From: an uncultured Halobacteriales archaeon
GTDB taxonomy: Archaea > Halobacteriota > Halobacteria > Halobacteriales > SW-7-71-33
Direction: 5' to 3'
Length of the DNA stretch: 58,075 nt
Assembly (NCBI GenBank): GCA_964402765.1
Contig: CAYODS010000001.1
Coordinates: forward strand, 1-58,075
Of this stretch, positions 46,115-55,682 are shown one piece after another (position 1 is the stretch's first letter; each line of letters opens with the position of its first letter). The translations under genes were made by a program, and so were the position numbers. Below the pieces are notes generated by a model, which made no database searches, had not been told where the DNA came from, and saw nothing but the letters and a program-made list of their open reading frames with translations.

Positions 46115-46864
46115 TCACCCCTCGGGCGTCGCCACCAGCACCGTCACCGGCCAGACGCCCGCCCGCCGGACCTGCCGCGTGGACTCGACGGCGAAGCCGG
46201 CCGCCCGCACGCACTCGACCGCCGGCACGGGCCGACACCCCACCAGCGGTGCCCACGGCAGGTGCCCGTAGGCCCACTCGTACGCCCGGAGGACCCGGGA
46301 GTCCGGCACCGCCGCCCGGTCCATCGTCACGACACAGAGCCGCCCCGCCGGGCGGAGCACCCGGCGACACTCCGCGAGGACCCGCCGCAGGTCCGCCCGG
46401 TCGAACAGGTCGAGCACGTCGAACGCACAGACGGCGTCGACCGCCGCCGCGGCGAACGGGAGCCGGCGGGCGTCGCCCAGCGCGACGGTCGCCCGCGTCG
46501 CCAGCCCCCGGCGCCGCAGGTGGGCCCGTGCCCGCCGGACCATCGCCGGCGCGGCGTCCAGCCCGATTGCCCGCCCGTCGGGGCCGACCCGTCCGGCCAG
46601 CGCCGCGAGCGCCCGCCCCGGCCCACACCCGACCTCCAGGGCGGTCGCCCCCGCGAGATCCACCGCCGCGAGCGCCCGTCGCTGCGAGGGCGCCTCCAGA
46701 CGGGGCAGCGTCCGGGCGTACACCCCCGCCGCCCGGTCGTACGCCGCTCGCACCCGCTCGTTGGAGACGGGCACGGCAAGGGTGCCGTCGTCGTCGCGCA
46801 CGCCCGAGCGTCCGGCGTGGGGCTGATAGCGGTTTCGCTCCCGCGGTTCCCTGCACCGGCGCAC
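46115..46864 (-). CDS. class I SAM-dependent methyltransferase
   Basis: ALEVGCGPGRALAALA (motif I) and AVDAVCAFDVL. The start is uncertain: in-frame GTGs at 46801 and 46774 are alternatives to ATG 46864. Confidence 0.8.
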   Translation of the reverse strand: MRRCREPRERNRYQPHAGRSGVRDDDGTLAVPVSNERVRAAYDRAAGVYARTLPRLEAPSQRRALAAVDLAGATALEVGCGPGRALAALAGRVGPDGRAIGLDAAPAMVRRARAHLRRRGLATRATVALGDARRLPFAAAAVDAVCAFDVLDLFDRADLRRVLAECRRVLRPAGRLCVVTMDRAAVPDSRVLRAYEWAYGHLPWAPLVGCRPVPAVECVRAAGFAVESTRQVRRAGVWPVTVLVATPEG

Positions 46865-46908
46865 GACCGGGGAACGACTATATCGCGGTCGGTCGAACGC
46901 TCCCGGTC

Positions 46909-48813
46909 GTGTCAGGATCCGTCTCCACGACGGCGAGGTGGCCCCCCGACCGCCCGCCCGCCCCGGCGGGGTCGGACGCGGTCGCGTTCACCGTCTCGCC
47001 ACACGTCTCGCACTTCCTGGACGACGGCGGCCCGGCGGCGCTGCGCTCGCTCGCGGCCGCCCTCTCCCCGGCGGACGCCCGGGTGCTGAAACTGACCGCC
47101 AGTCTCTGTCCCGACTGCCTCGCCGCCGGCGACCACGACCGCATGACCGCCCCGATGGTCGTCGTCGAGACCGACGGCGAGGTCCGCACGCGGACCCGCT
47201 GTGACCGCCACGGCACGCAGACCGACGTGCGCTGGCGCGACGCCGAGCTGTACCACCGCGCCCGCGAACTGGACGCCGCCAGCCGGACGCCCGCCCTCGA
47301 CACGGACGAGGGAGACGGGGACGCCGGGGACGGCGGCGGGCCCGGCACCGCGACCGGCATCGGCAACGTCGTCGTCACGAACCGGTGTGATCGGTCGTGT
47401 CACTACTGCTTCTACTACGCGCAGTCCGGCGAGCCGCTGTACGAGCCCTCGAAGGCGGCGATCGAGTCCATGGTCGCCCGGCTCGGCGCCCGCGAGGGGA
47501 TCGGCGCGGTCCAGTTGACCGGCGGCGAGCCGACCGTCCGCGAGGACATCGCCGAGATCGTCGGTATCGCCGCCGAGTACGCCGACGAGGTGTTGCTGAA
47601 CAGCCACGGCGGGCGGTTCCTCCGCGAGCCCGACCTCGCCAGGCGGGTGAGCGAGGCGGGCGCCCGTGGGCTGTACACCAGTTTCGACGGCGTCGACCCC
47701 TCCTGTAACGCGAAGAACTACTGGGAGTTTCCCCACGCGCTGACGGCGTGTCACGACACGGGCATGTGCGCGATGCTGGTGCCGACCGTCGTCCGTGGGT
47801 GGAACGACCACCAACTCGGGGACGTGGTGCGCTTTGGCGCCGCCAACGCCGACACCGTCTGCGGGGTGAACTTCCAGCCCGTCTCCTTTGTCGGCCGGAT
47901 GGACGGCGACGACCGCCGGCGCCGGCGCGTGACCGTCTCGGAGGTCATCGAGCGGATCGAGACCCAGACCGACGGCGCGGTGCCACGGGAGGCGTGGCTG
48001 CCCCTGCCCGTCTACCGGACGATCTCGGAGTTCAAGCGCCAGTGGACCGGCGAGCACCTGTACGGCGTCACCGGCAGTTTCTCCTCGTGGATGGTGACCG
48101 CGGTCGCCGTCGACGGTGACGAGATCTACCCGCTGACCGACCTGGTCGACGTCGAGCACCTGCTGCACGAGCTGGTCGCCCTCGCCGAGGAGGTCGGCGC
48201 CAGCCCCGGTCGCCTGGGGAAACTACGGGTGGCCCGGCGGCTGCTGGGGAACTTCGACGCCCTCCTCGGTGACGACCCCCGCGGACTGGCCGGCCGCCTG
48301 CGGAAGATCGCCGTCGAGTCAGCCCGGACCCGCAGTTTCGACGGCATCGACGACCTGTACGACAACCTCCTGCCCGTCGGGGTGCGCCACTTCCAGGACC
48401 CGTACACGTACGATCTGGACGCCGTCAGCGAGTGCGACGTCCAGTACGCCACCCTGGAGGGCGAGGTGGTGCCGTTCAACGTGTACAACGTCGTGCCGGA
48501 CCTGTACCGCGACCGCCTGAAGGAGGCGTACGCGATCGACGTCGAGGAGTGGCTGGACCGCGATTACGCCACGACCGAGTCGGCCGACGCCCCGGCCCGC
48601 ACGGAGCGCACCGCCGACGTGATCGACGCCGACGGCGACGCCGAGGGGGTGTTCGGCGCCGACCTCACCTACGCCCGCGAGTACGACGACGACCACCGCG
48701 AGACCGTCGAGGCGGCGTACCACGCCTCGATCGCCGACCTCGACCCGGTGTGGTCGGTGACCGGCGAGGTGGTCGACGCGCCGACCGGCGGCTGTGGGTC
48801 GGACTGCTGCTAG
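46909..48813 (+). CDS. radical SAM protein, MJ0619/Tes-like, with N-terminal CPxC...C..H metal site and Cys-rich C-terminus
   Basis: VVVTNRCDRSCHYCF (CxxxCxxC), LTGGEPT, an N-terminal SLCPDCL...RCDRHG and a terminal GGCGSDCC. Start chosen at GTG 46909 because CTATAT at 46878-46883 lies 26-31 nt upstream. GTG 47083 (MLKLTASLCPDCL) is a good alternative. Confidence 0.8.
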   Translation: MSGSVSTTARWPPDRPPAPAGSDAVAFTVSPHVSHFLDDGGPAALRSLAAALSPADARVLKLTASLCPDCLAAGDHDRMTAPMVVVETDGEVRTRTRCDRHGTQTDVRWRDAELYHRARELDAASRTPALDTDEGDGDAGDGGGPGTATGIGNVVVTNRCDRSCHYCFYYAQSGEPLYEPSKAAIESMVARLGAREGIGAVQLTGGEPTVREDIAEIVGIAAEYADEVLLNSHGGRFLREPDLARRVSEAGARGLYTSFDGVDPSCNAKNYWEFPHALTACHDTGMCAMLVPTVVRGWNDHQLGDVVRFGAANADTVCGVNFQPVSFVGRMDGDDRRRRRVTVSEVIERIETQTDGAVPREAWLPLPVYRTISEFKRQWTGEHLYGVTGSFSSWMVTAVAVDGDEIYPLTDLVDVEHLLHELVALAEEVGASPGRLGKLRVARRLLGNFDALLGDDPRGLAGRLRKIAVESARTRSFDGIDDLYDNLLPVGVRHFQDPYTYDLDAVSECDVQYATLEGEVVPFNVYNVVPDLYRDRLKEAYAIDVEEWLDRDYATTESADAPARTERTADVIDADGDAEGVFGADLTYAREYDDDHRETVEAAYHASIADLDPVWSVTGEVVDAPTGGCGSDCC

Positions 48814-48838
48814 ACCCGCCTCACGCTGTCGACCCGGG

Positions 48839-49570
48839 TCAGGGCGCCCGGGGGATGTCGCCCCGTTCGGCGAGCCACGCCTCCGCCGCGAGGCCGAGGT
48901 TGAACGCGACCGTGTCGACGTACGCCGCGCGGGTGTCGTAGGTCTCGCCCTCGGCCGCCCCGTCGTCGGCCGTCTCCGGGTCCCCGTCGGCGCTCCCGAG
49001 CGCCTGGATGACGGTGCCGACCCGTGGGGGAGCGGCCCCGGGCGGCCAGCCCTCGACGCCCGCCTCGTCCAGTGCCTCCTCCGTGACGGTCCGTGCGCCG
49101 ACGGCGACCGCCCGCACACGGCGTCGCTCCCGGTCGTGTGTCGTGGTGGCCGCCTCGACGGCGACGGTCTCCCGGCCCCTGGCCTCGGCGACCTCCGCGA
49201 GGTCGTGTGGCGGTCCGGGGGAGTCCAGAAACGTCCGCGTCCGGGGGGCCAGTCGCGTCGGGTCCGGCGAGCCCTCGGCGGCCCGCAGGTCGGCGACCGC
49301 CTCGTCGAACGCGGCGACCGCCTCGACGACCGGGTCGCGTCGCTCCCGGACCGCCGTCGCGAACTCGTCGTCGCCGGCGTCCGCGGCGGCCCGTGCGACG
49401 TACCGCGCCGTCGTCAGCGCCGGGACCGCCTCGGGGTCGGGGTGGGGGAACTCGCAGGCGGCCGCCCGCCGATCGAGCGTCGCGAGGTAGGTCTCGGAGC
49501 CGACGTGGTCACTGGGTCGTATGGGCGTCGCTCCGTGCTGGGCGCCCAAGAGCCTTCTCCGCGAGGGCAA
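48839..49570 (-). CDS. hypothetical protein
   Basis: 243-aa ORF with acidic composition. I recognise no family and the start is uncertain. Confidence 0.55.
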   Translation of the reverse strand: MPSRRRLLGAQHGATPIRPSDHVGSETYLATLDRRAAACEFPHPDPEAVPALTTARYVARAAADAGDDEFATAVRERRDPVVEAVAAFDEAVADLRAAEGSPDPTRLAPRTRTFLDSPGPPHDLAEVAEARGRETVAVEAATTTHDRERRRVRAVAVGARTVTEEALDEAGVEGWPPGAAPPRVGTVIQALGSADGDPETADDGAAEGETYDTRAAYVDTVAFNLGLAAEAWLAERGDIPRAP

Positions 49571-49602
49571 GACGTTTAGCCGACCGCGGCGGCCCTCGGT
49601 GT

Positions 49603-50652
49603 ATGGAGGTCCCCGTCGACGGCCGGGTGGTGGTCGCGGCGGTGGTGGTCGTGGCCGCCGGTGCCGCCGGCGCGGTCGTCCTGTTCGACGACGAGAGCGC
49701 CCCGGGCCCGACGGACGCGGTGCCCGAGGTCGACGCCGTCGTCGTCGTCGACGGCGAGTTCGTCACCCACCCGACGACCGGTCGGATAGCCAACGAGACG
49801 CTGCGGCGTGCGGGGGCGCGGTACCGCTACGAGCAACTGCTCGACGCCGCCGAGACGCGGATCGGCCTGCAGCCCGAGCGGGTCCGGTGGGTCACCGTCT
49901 TCGCCCGCTACCCGGACCGGGCGCGGTTCGACCCCGACGTGGCCGACGGCTACGCCGGCGTCGTCGTCAGGGCGAACTGGCGCGAGAGCACTCTCGTCGA
50001 CTCCGCGCGGGACAGCGACCTGGACCTGGAGGAGCGCACCTACGCCGGCCGGCCGGTGTACCGTCTGCGCCAGCCGCCGCCGGCGCCGGACGTGTACGTC
50101 GCCGTGCTGGCGCCGAACACCTACGCGCTGTCGACCGGCGAGCGGGTCGTCCGTGACGCGATCGACGCGAGCGAGGGCGGTCCCCGCGTCTCCGAGGGGT
50201 TGCGGGCCGCGCTGGAGGACCGCCGCGAGGAGTCGGTCGTCCGCGTCGCCGCCCGGGTGCCGGCCGACACGCTCGCCGGCGCCGACGACCGCCTCGCCCG
50301 GGCGCCGCCCGTCGAGCGGGTCGCGGTGGGGTACAACCTCTACAACGACACTCACCTGGGTGTCAGGGCCAGCGTGTACACCGAGAGCGGCGGGGGCGCC
50401 TCGGACCTCCGGGCGCTCCTGAGCGCCGCCATCACCTTCGCCAGTCCACAGGTCGAGGACCCGACGATAGCCGGGGCACTCGACAGGGTGCGGGTCAGCC
50501 GCAGCGAGGCACGGGTCGACATCGCCTACCGCGACGACGTCGACACGGTGGTCGCACTCGGGGAGGTGGTGGCCGACCGGCTTCGGGGCCTGATCGAGGA
50601 GCGGACGCCGGTCGACCCTCGCCTGCCGGCCGCCGACCGTCGCCACGGTTAA
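49603..50652 (+). CDS. membrane-anchored hypothetical protein (N-terminal TM helix, extracytoplasmic domain), first gene of an ABC-2 operon
   Basis: MEVPVDGRVVVAAVVVVAAGAAGAVVLF is an anchor helix. The gene is followed on the same strand by an ABC-2 permease and an ATPase. Confidence 0.65.
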   Translation: MEVPVDGRVVVAAVVVVAAGAAGAVVLFDDESAPGPTDAVPEVDAVVVVDGEFVTHPTTGRIANETLRRAGARYRYEQLLDAAETRIGLQPERVRWVTVFARYPDRARFDPDVADGYAGVVVRANWRESTLVDSARDSDLDLEERTYAGRPVYRLRQPPPAPDVYVAVLAPNTYALSTGERVVRDAIDASEGGPRVSEGLRAALEDRREESVVRVAARVPADTLAGADDRLARAPPVERVAVGYNLYNDTHLGVRASVYTESGGGASDLRALLSAAITFASPQVEDPTIAGALDRVRVSRSEARVDIAYRDDVDTVVALGEVVADRLRGLIEERTPVDPRLPAADRRHG

Positions 50653-50676
50653 CACCGGCGCCCGCGAGGGACCGAC

Positions 50677-51750
50677 GTGCGCGACCTGCTGACGCACCTC
50701 CGCACGGAGGTGTACTGGGCGCGGCGCCGACTGCCGGCGCTGTTCCTGCTGGTGGTGGTGTTGCCGGCCACCTTCGCCGTCGGCACCGTCGCCTTCCAGG
50801 ACGTGGTCCCGGAGGACACCCCCGTCGCGGTCGTGCCCGCCTCCGAGAGCGTCTCCGAGGAGGAGCTCCAGGCGGTGACCGACGTGCTGTCGGTGGCGAC
50901 CGACCCCCGGCGCGTCGAGTCACGCGACCGCGCGGGGGCGCTGTTGCACCGCGAGCGGGTGTACGCAGTCGTGACCGTCCCGGCCAACGTCAGCGCCGAC
51001 GCCACCGAGCCGGTCCGCATCGAGTACCGCGTGGCCGGCACCGTCGTCCCCTACCGCAAACCCAGCACCGCGATCGCGGCCGAACTCGAGGACGGCTTCA
51101 ACGAGTTCGCCACCCGACCGATCGAGGTCGACCACGTCGAGCAGGCGCCGTCGATCGAGCTCCGCGAGTACCTCGCGCCCGGCGCCCTGCTGTTGCTGGC
51201 GCTGCTGGTCGGCCTGGGCTTCGTCCCCCGGCTCGTCTCCGAGGAGCGAGAGGCGCTGCCCCGGCTCCGCATGGAGTCGTCGCTGTCCTCTGTCCTCGCC
51301 GCGAAGCTGATCGCTGGCGTCGTGTTGATGCTGCTGCCGCTGCTGGTGGTGTCGCTGGCCGTCGCCGTGCTGTCGTACCGCGTGTCCCCCCTGAACCCGA
51401 CCGCCGTCGTCGCCTACCTGCTGCTGGTGGTCCACGTCACCGCCCTCGGGATGACGCTCGCGCTCGTGTTCGACCGCCGGACGGCGACGGTACTGAACCT
51501 CGGGCTCGTCGTCGGCCTGTTGCTCGCCGGCAACCCGGTGTACCCCCGGGGCTTCTTCTCGGTGCTGCGGGGCCAGGTCGCCGACCTGGTGCCGCTGCAC
51601 CACGCCGCCGTCGCCGTCCGGGCCGGCGCGCTGCGGAACTCCGGTATCGCCGCGATGTCCGCCGAACTCGGCGTCGTCGCGCTCGCGGCACTGGGCACCG
51701 TCCTCGCGCTGTTCGGTACCGCTCGTCTCCTCAGGGAGGTGTCCCGATGA
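50677..51750 (+). CDS. ABC-2 type transporter permease
   Basis: One N-terminal helix, a large loop and a C-terminal bundle of five helices, which is the typical ABC-2 topology. GTG start. Confidence 0.8.
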   Translation: MRDLLTHLRTEVYWARRRLPALFLLVVVLPATFAVGTVAFQDVVPEDTPVAVVPASESVSEEELQAVTDVLSVATDPRRVESRDRAGALLHRERVYAVVTVPANVSADATEPVRIEYRVAGTVVPYRKPSTAIAAELEDGFNEFATRPIEVDHVEQAPSIELREYLAPGALLLLALLVGLGFVPRLVSEEREALPRLRMESSLSSVLAAKLIAGVVLMLLPLLVVSLAVAVLSYRVSPLNPTAVVAYLLLVVHVTALGMTLALVFDRRTATVLNLGLVVGLLLAGNPVYPRGFFSVLRGQVADLVPLHHAAVAVRAGALRNSGIAAMSAELGVVALAALGTVLALFGTARLLREVSR

Positions 51751-52517
51751 GCGAGGACCCGCCCGACGACCGACCGCGGGCCGACCCCCGGGCCTCCGGT
51801 GCCGGTGACGTCCCCGACCCCGGGGACGGCGATAGAGTGGCCGAGGACGCCCCCTGGCCGGCCGTGTCGGCGGCGGGCCTGGCCGCCGACGGCGTCTGGA
51901 AGCGCTACGAGGGCGAGGGGTGGGCGCTGCGGGACGTGACGCTGTCGGTGCCCGACCGCGGCCTGCACGTGCTGGCGGGGCCAAACGGCAGCGGCAAGTC
52001 AACCCTGCTGTCGGTGCTGGCCGGCGTCACCCCGCCGGACCGCGGCCGGGTCGTCCGCGCGGGCAGCGTCGGGCTGGCATTCCAGCGACCCAGCGTCCAC
52101 CCGACGCTGTCGGTCGCCGAGAACCTCTCCACGTTCGGCGCGCTCACGGACGGCGACCCCGAGACCGTCGCCGAGCACCTGCGGCTGGACCCGGTGATGG
52201 ACCGCCGGGCGAACCGCCTCTCGGGTGGCTACCAGCGCCTGCTCGACCTCGCGCTCGCCGTGGGCAAACGCCCCGACTACCTCCTGCTCGACGAACCCCT
52301 CGCCAGCCTGGACGACGACTCCCGCCGGCGGGTCGTCTCGCTCGTGAGCGAGGCGGCCACCGAGCGGGCCGTGGTGCTGGTCGTCCACCAGTTGCGGGCG
52401 TTCACCGAGGTCGTGGACACCGTCGCCGTCCTCGTCGACGGCGAGGTCGTGACGCGGCGGGCGGCGGCGGCGATCGACGACCTGCAGTCGTGGTACGTCG
52501 AGCAGGCCGGGCTGTGA
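51747..52517 (+). CDS. ABC transporter ATP-binding protein
   Basis: GPNGSGKSTLL (Walker A), LSGGYQRLLDLA (signature) and LLLDEPLASLD (Walker B). The start overlaps the permease stop as ATGA. Confidence 0.9.
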   Translation: MSEDPPDDRPRADPRASGAGDVPDPGDGDRVAEDAPWPAVSAAGLAADGVWKRYEGEGWALRDVTLSVPDRGLHVLAGPNGSGKSTLLSVLAGVTPPDRGRVVRAGSVGLAFQRPSVHPTLSVAENLSTFGALTDGDPETVAEHLRLDPVMDRRANRLSGGYQRLLDLALAVGKRPDYLLLDEPLASLDDDSRRRVVSLVSEAATERAVVLVVHQLRAFTEVVDTVAVLVDGEVVTRRAAAAIDDLQSWYVEQAGL

Positions 52518-52551
52518 GGCGGGCGCCGTCGGCACCCGCGTGACGCGACGG

Positions 52552-53451
52552 CTACTGCACGTCGGCGCTGGTGGCCCGCGAGAGCAGGTAGACGGCGACC
52601 CCTCCGAGGACGGCCCCCAGGCCGGCCAGCACGGCCACCCCGGGGACGACGCCGTCCAGCGTGCCGCCGAACTGGTCCACCTCGATCACGGTCATCACGT
52701 CGCGGTCGAGCATCAGCGAGCGGGCGGCGTCGACGCCGTAGGTGACGGGGTTCAGTCGGGCGAACGTCTGTATCCAGTCCGGCAGCGCGGCGAGTGGCAG
52801 GAACGCCGAGGAGAGAAACAGCAGCGGGAACTGCAGCAGGTTGCCGCCGATGATCGTCGACTCCTGGTCGCGGGTGAGCACCGCAAGCGAGTTCGAGAAC
52901 GCGACGAACCACAGCGAGAACAGCACTCCGACGGCGACGATACCGACGGCGCCGACGACCCCGGTCGCGATCTCGGCACCGAGCACGACGCCGAGGCCGA
53001 GGATGATGGCGATCTGGACGGCGATCCGGAACAGTTCGGCGGCGGTCTTGCCCAGGAAGACCGCCGTGCGGTTCATCGGCGAGACCAGCACCTTCTCGAA
53101 CATCCCACTCTCGATGTCGTTCACCAGGCCCACCCCCGAGGTGACGGCGGCCGCCAGCGACACCTGCACCGCGATGGCGGGCACGAGGTAGGACTCGTAG
53201 CTGACGCCGGGCCCGAGGGACCCACGGACCGCGCCGCCGGCGACGTTGCCGAACACCTCCGTAAAGAGCACCAGGAAGATGATCGGCTGCACCAGCGACA
53301 CCACCAGCACGAACGGGTTGCGCACCGCCTTCAGGTTCCACCGCTTGAAGTTCACCCACACGTCACCCGCGAAGCTGTTGCTCGACCGCCCGACGGCGCC
53401 CTCCGCCGGGGTCGCCCTGGTCTCGGACTCCTCGACGCCGGGCGTGCTCAC
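52552..53451 (-). CDS. ABC-2 type transporter permease (DrrB-like exporter component)
   Basis: Six-helix ABC-2 membrane protein. It overlaps the upstream ATPase gene by 4 nt. Confidence 0.88.
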   Translation of the reverse strand: MSTPGVEESETRATPAEGAVGRSSNSFAGDVWVNFKRWNLKAVRNPFVLVVSLVQPIIFLVLFTEVFGNVAGGAVRGSLGPGVSYESYLVPAIAVQVSLAAAVTSGVGLVNDIESGMFEKVLVSPMNRTAVFLGKTAAELFRIAVQIAIILGLGVVLGAEIATGVVGAVGIVAVGVLFSLWFVAFSNSLAVLTRDQESTIIGGNLLQFPLLFLSSAFLPLAALPDWIQTFARLNPVTYGVDAARSLMLDRDVMTVIEVDQFGGTLDGVVPGVAVLAGLGAVLGGVAVYLLSRATSADVQ

Positions 53452-54449
53452 GCCGCCACCTCCTCGCCGTCGTCCAGTCCCTCGCCGGTGATCGCAAGGA
53501 ACACGTCGTCGAGCGTGGGCGCCCGCACGTCGAAGCCGGTGACGGTCAGTCCCGCGTCCCGCAGCGCCACCAGCAGGTCGGTGCCGTGCTCGCGGGCCGT
53601 CTTGGCGGTGACGCTCACCCCCGTGTCGGTCGTCGACACGGTGGCGTCGTCGAACGCCGAGAACTCGCGGGCGACCGTCGCCGCCCGCTCGCGCTGCGTC
53701 GTGTCGCCGTCGATCTCCACGTCGAGCACCTCGCCGCCGACCCGCCGTTTCAGTTCGGCCGGCGAGCCGTCGGCGACGATCGCCCCGTCGAGGATGACCG
53801 ACAGGCGGTCACACAGCTGGTCGGCCTCCTCCAGGTACTGCGTCGTGAGGAAGATGGTCGTCCCGCGGTCGTTGATCCGCTCGAAGTACTCCCAGAGGCG
53901 GTTGCGGGCTTTCGGGTCGAGTCCGGTCGTCGGCTCGTCAAGGAACACGAGCGGCGGCCGGTGCACGAGGGCGGTCGCCGCGTCCAGGCGCTTTTTCATG
54001 CCGCCGGAGAACTCCTCGGAGCGCTTGTCCGCCACCCCCGCCAGGTCCACGAGTTCGAGCAACTCCGCGATGCGCTCGTCGCGCTCGCCGCGAGGGACGC
54101 CGTAGGACTCACACGCGAAGCGGACGTTCTCCCGGGCGGTCAGTTCCTCGTCGACGCTGGTCTCCTGGGGCATGTAGCCGATCGACGAGCGCACCTCCCG
54201 GGGCTCCGTGCGGACGTCGAACCCGTTGACCCGCACCTCGCCCGCCGTCGGTGACAGAAGCGTCGCGAGCACCTTGATCGTCGTCGTCTTGCCCGCGCCG
54301 TTGGGCCCGAGGAAGCCGAAGAACTCCCCGCCCGGCACTCGCATGTCCACCCCGTCAACCGCCCGGGTGCCGTCGCCGTACACCAACTCCAGCCCCGTCG
54401 CCTCGATCGCCGCCTCTCCCCCACCCTCGGGAGTGCTCGCTGCGTTCAC
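53448..54449 (-). CDS. ABC transporter ATP-binding protein (DrrA-like)
   Basis: GPNGAGKTTTIK, FSGGMKKRLDAA and VFLDEPTTGLD. Start set at GTG 54449 with TTTATG (complement of 54473-54478) 24-29 nt upstream. The ORF-track extension to 54860 overlaps the HxlR gene in another frame. Confidence 0.9.
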   Translation of the reverse strand: MNAASTPEGGGEAAIEATGLELVYGDGTRAVDGVDMRVPGGEFFGFLGPNGAGKTTTIKVLATLLSPTAGEVRVNGFDVRTEPREVRSSIGYMPQETSVDEELTARENVRFACESYGVPRGERDERIAELLELVDLAGVADKRSEEFSGGMKKRLDAATALVHRPPLVFLDEPTTGLDPKARNRLWEYFERINDRGTTIFLTTQYLEEADQLCDRLSVILDGAIVADGSPAELKRRVGGEVLDVEIDGDTTQRERAATVAREFSAFDDATVSTTDTGVSVTAKTAREHGTDLLVALRDAGLTVTGFDVRAPTLDDVFLAITGEGLDDGEEVAA

Positions 54450-54484
54450 GCTCTGACTTCGGTTTCGGTAGTCATAAACTCCTG

Positions 54485-54520
54485 ACTTCGAAGCGGCGCC
54501 GTTACTACGGATATCGAAGT
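54485..54520. promoter_or_regulatory. ACTTCGA ... TCGAAGT inverted repeat (22-nt spacer) between the HxlR-type gene and the ABC ATPase gene; a further CTGACTTCG direct copy at 54453-54461
   Basis: ACTTCGA at 54485-54491 and TCGAAGT at 54514-54520. CTGACTTCG occurs at 54453-54461 and 54482-54490, flanking the TATA-like element. Confidence 0.4.
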
Positions 54521-54927
54521 TACCCGCTGGAGAGGTCGTGCTCCATCGCCCAGTGGTGGAGGTGGGCGAACGCGGGGAACAGCGCCCGGGCGCGGTCGGT
54601 GGGGGTGTACTCAACCCGGGGCGGTATCTCGTCGTAGGCGGTCCGGTCGAGGAGGCCCGCCGCGGTGAGCTCGGAGAGCCGCGCCGAGAGGGTGTTCGGC
54701 GCGATCGCGAGTTCGGACTCCAGGTCGGAGAACCGCAGCGGTCCCTCGGCGAAGGCGAAGGCGCTGAGGATCTCCATCGCGTGCGCCCGTCCCAGCAGGT
54801 CCAGCAGGTCCGCGACCGTCGCCTCGACGCGCTCGCGCTCCGACGGGTCCAGCGAGTCACGCAGCGCGGCGGCCTCCTCGCGGGACAGTCCGGCGCTCAG
54901 CTCCGGCACCTCCGGTGGCTCGTCCAT
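54520..54927 (-). CDS. HxlR-family winged-helix transcriptional regulator
   Basis: LLGRAHAMEILSAF...PLRFSDLESELAIAPNTLSARLSELTAAGLLDRTAYDEIPPRVEYTPT matches the HxlR-type wHTH pattern. Confidence 0.88.
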   Translation of the reverse strand: MDEPPEVPELSAGLSREEAAALRDSLDPSERERVEATVADLLDLLGRAHAMEILSAFAFAEGPLRFSDLESELAIAPNTLSARLSELTAAGLLDRTAYDEIPPRVEYTPTDRARALFPAFAHLHHWAMEHDLSSG

Positions 54928-55002
54928 GCTGTCCCCTCGGTGTCGAGCGTGCTTACGCTTTCGTTTCCGTAGCGCCTGTTCGCGTCCGGCGAGGCGGCCA
55001 AT

Positions 55003-55020
55003 ACTTCGATGGTTCGAAGT
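55003..55020. promoter_or_regulatory. 18-nt palindrome ACTTCGA-tggt-TCGAAGT in the divergent HxlR / oxidoreductase promoter region; candidate HxlR operator
   Basis: Perfect 7-bp arms at 55003-55009 and 55014-55020, positioned between the starts at 54927 (-) and 55056 (+). Confidence 0.5.
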
Positions 55021-55055
55021 CGCAAGTATATGACTACGAGGAGCGTAGTAGACGC

Positions 55056-55682
55056 ATGCGGATAACGGTATTCGGCGCGACGGGACGGACCGGACGACCG
55101 CTGGTCGCCCAGGCTGTCGAGCGCGGCCACGAGGTGGTGGCGTTCGCGCGGTCGGCGGACGATGTCGAGCGGCGCGACGACGTGCGAGTCGTCGAGGGCG
55201 ACGCCTACACCGGCGAGGGGCTGAGCGAGGCGGTCGCCGGCAGCGACGCGGTGGTCTCGGTGCTGGGCCAGTCCGGCGACGGCCCGGACGACCTGCTCAC
55301 CGTCGCGGGCGACCACGTCACGGCGGCGATGGCGGAGCACGGCGTCGACCGGTTCGTCACGCTGGTCGGCGCCGGCGTCCGCGAGGCGGGCGAGTCCGTC
55401 TCGCTGTCCGGGCGGGTGATGGGGGCGCTGCTGAAGGTGCTCGCCCGCTCGGTCCTGGAGGACGCCGCCGAACACGTCGACCGCGTCCGGGCGACCGACC
55501 TCGACTGGACGGTCGTCCGCGCCCCCCGGCTGACCGACGGCGAGGGCACCGGCGACTACCGCGCCGGCGACATCTCGCTGGGCTTCGAGTCGATCGCCCG
55601 CGCCGACGTGGCGCGGTTCGTGCTCGACTGCGTCGAGGACGACTCCCACGTCCACGAGATGCCGAAGGTGGGGTCGGCGTGA
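55056..55682 (+). CDS. NAD(P)H-binding protein (NmrA/atypical SDR-like)
   Basis: MRITVFGATGRTGRPLV is a Rossmann motif. 208 aa. It is divergent from an HxlR regulator, which is a common pairing. Confidence 0.85.
   Translation: MRITVFGATGRTGRPLVAQAVERGHEVVAFARSADDVERRDDVRVVEGDAYTGEGLSEAVAGSDAVVSVLGQSGDGPDDLLTVAGDHVTAAMAEHGVDRFVTLVGAGVREAGESVSLSGRVMGALLKVLARSVLEDAAEHVDRVRATDLDWTVVRAPRLTDGEGTGDYRAGDISLGFESIARADVARFVLDCVEDDSHVHEMPKVGSA

Noticed and set aside
46075-46908. N-terminal 278-codon extension of the radical SAM ORF (ORF track 46075-48813, 912 aa).
   Set aside because: The extension is Pro/Arg/Ala-rich and basic. It overlaps the end of hop and is antisense to the whole methyltransferase gene. 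The recognisable protein begins near the CPDC motif, and a TATA-like element at 46878-46883 fits a start at 46909.
54450-54860. Upstream extension of the ABC ATPase ORF (53448-54860, 470 aa).
   Set aside because: The extension is Arg/Ser/Pro-rich and overlaps the well-supported HxlR-family gene in another frame. The ATPase homology begins just after GTG 54449, which has a TATA-like element at leaderless distance.
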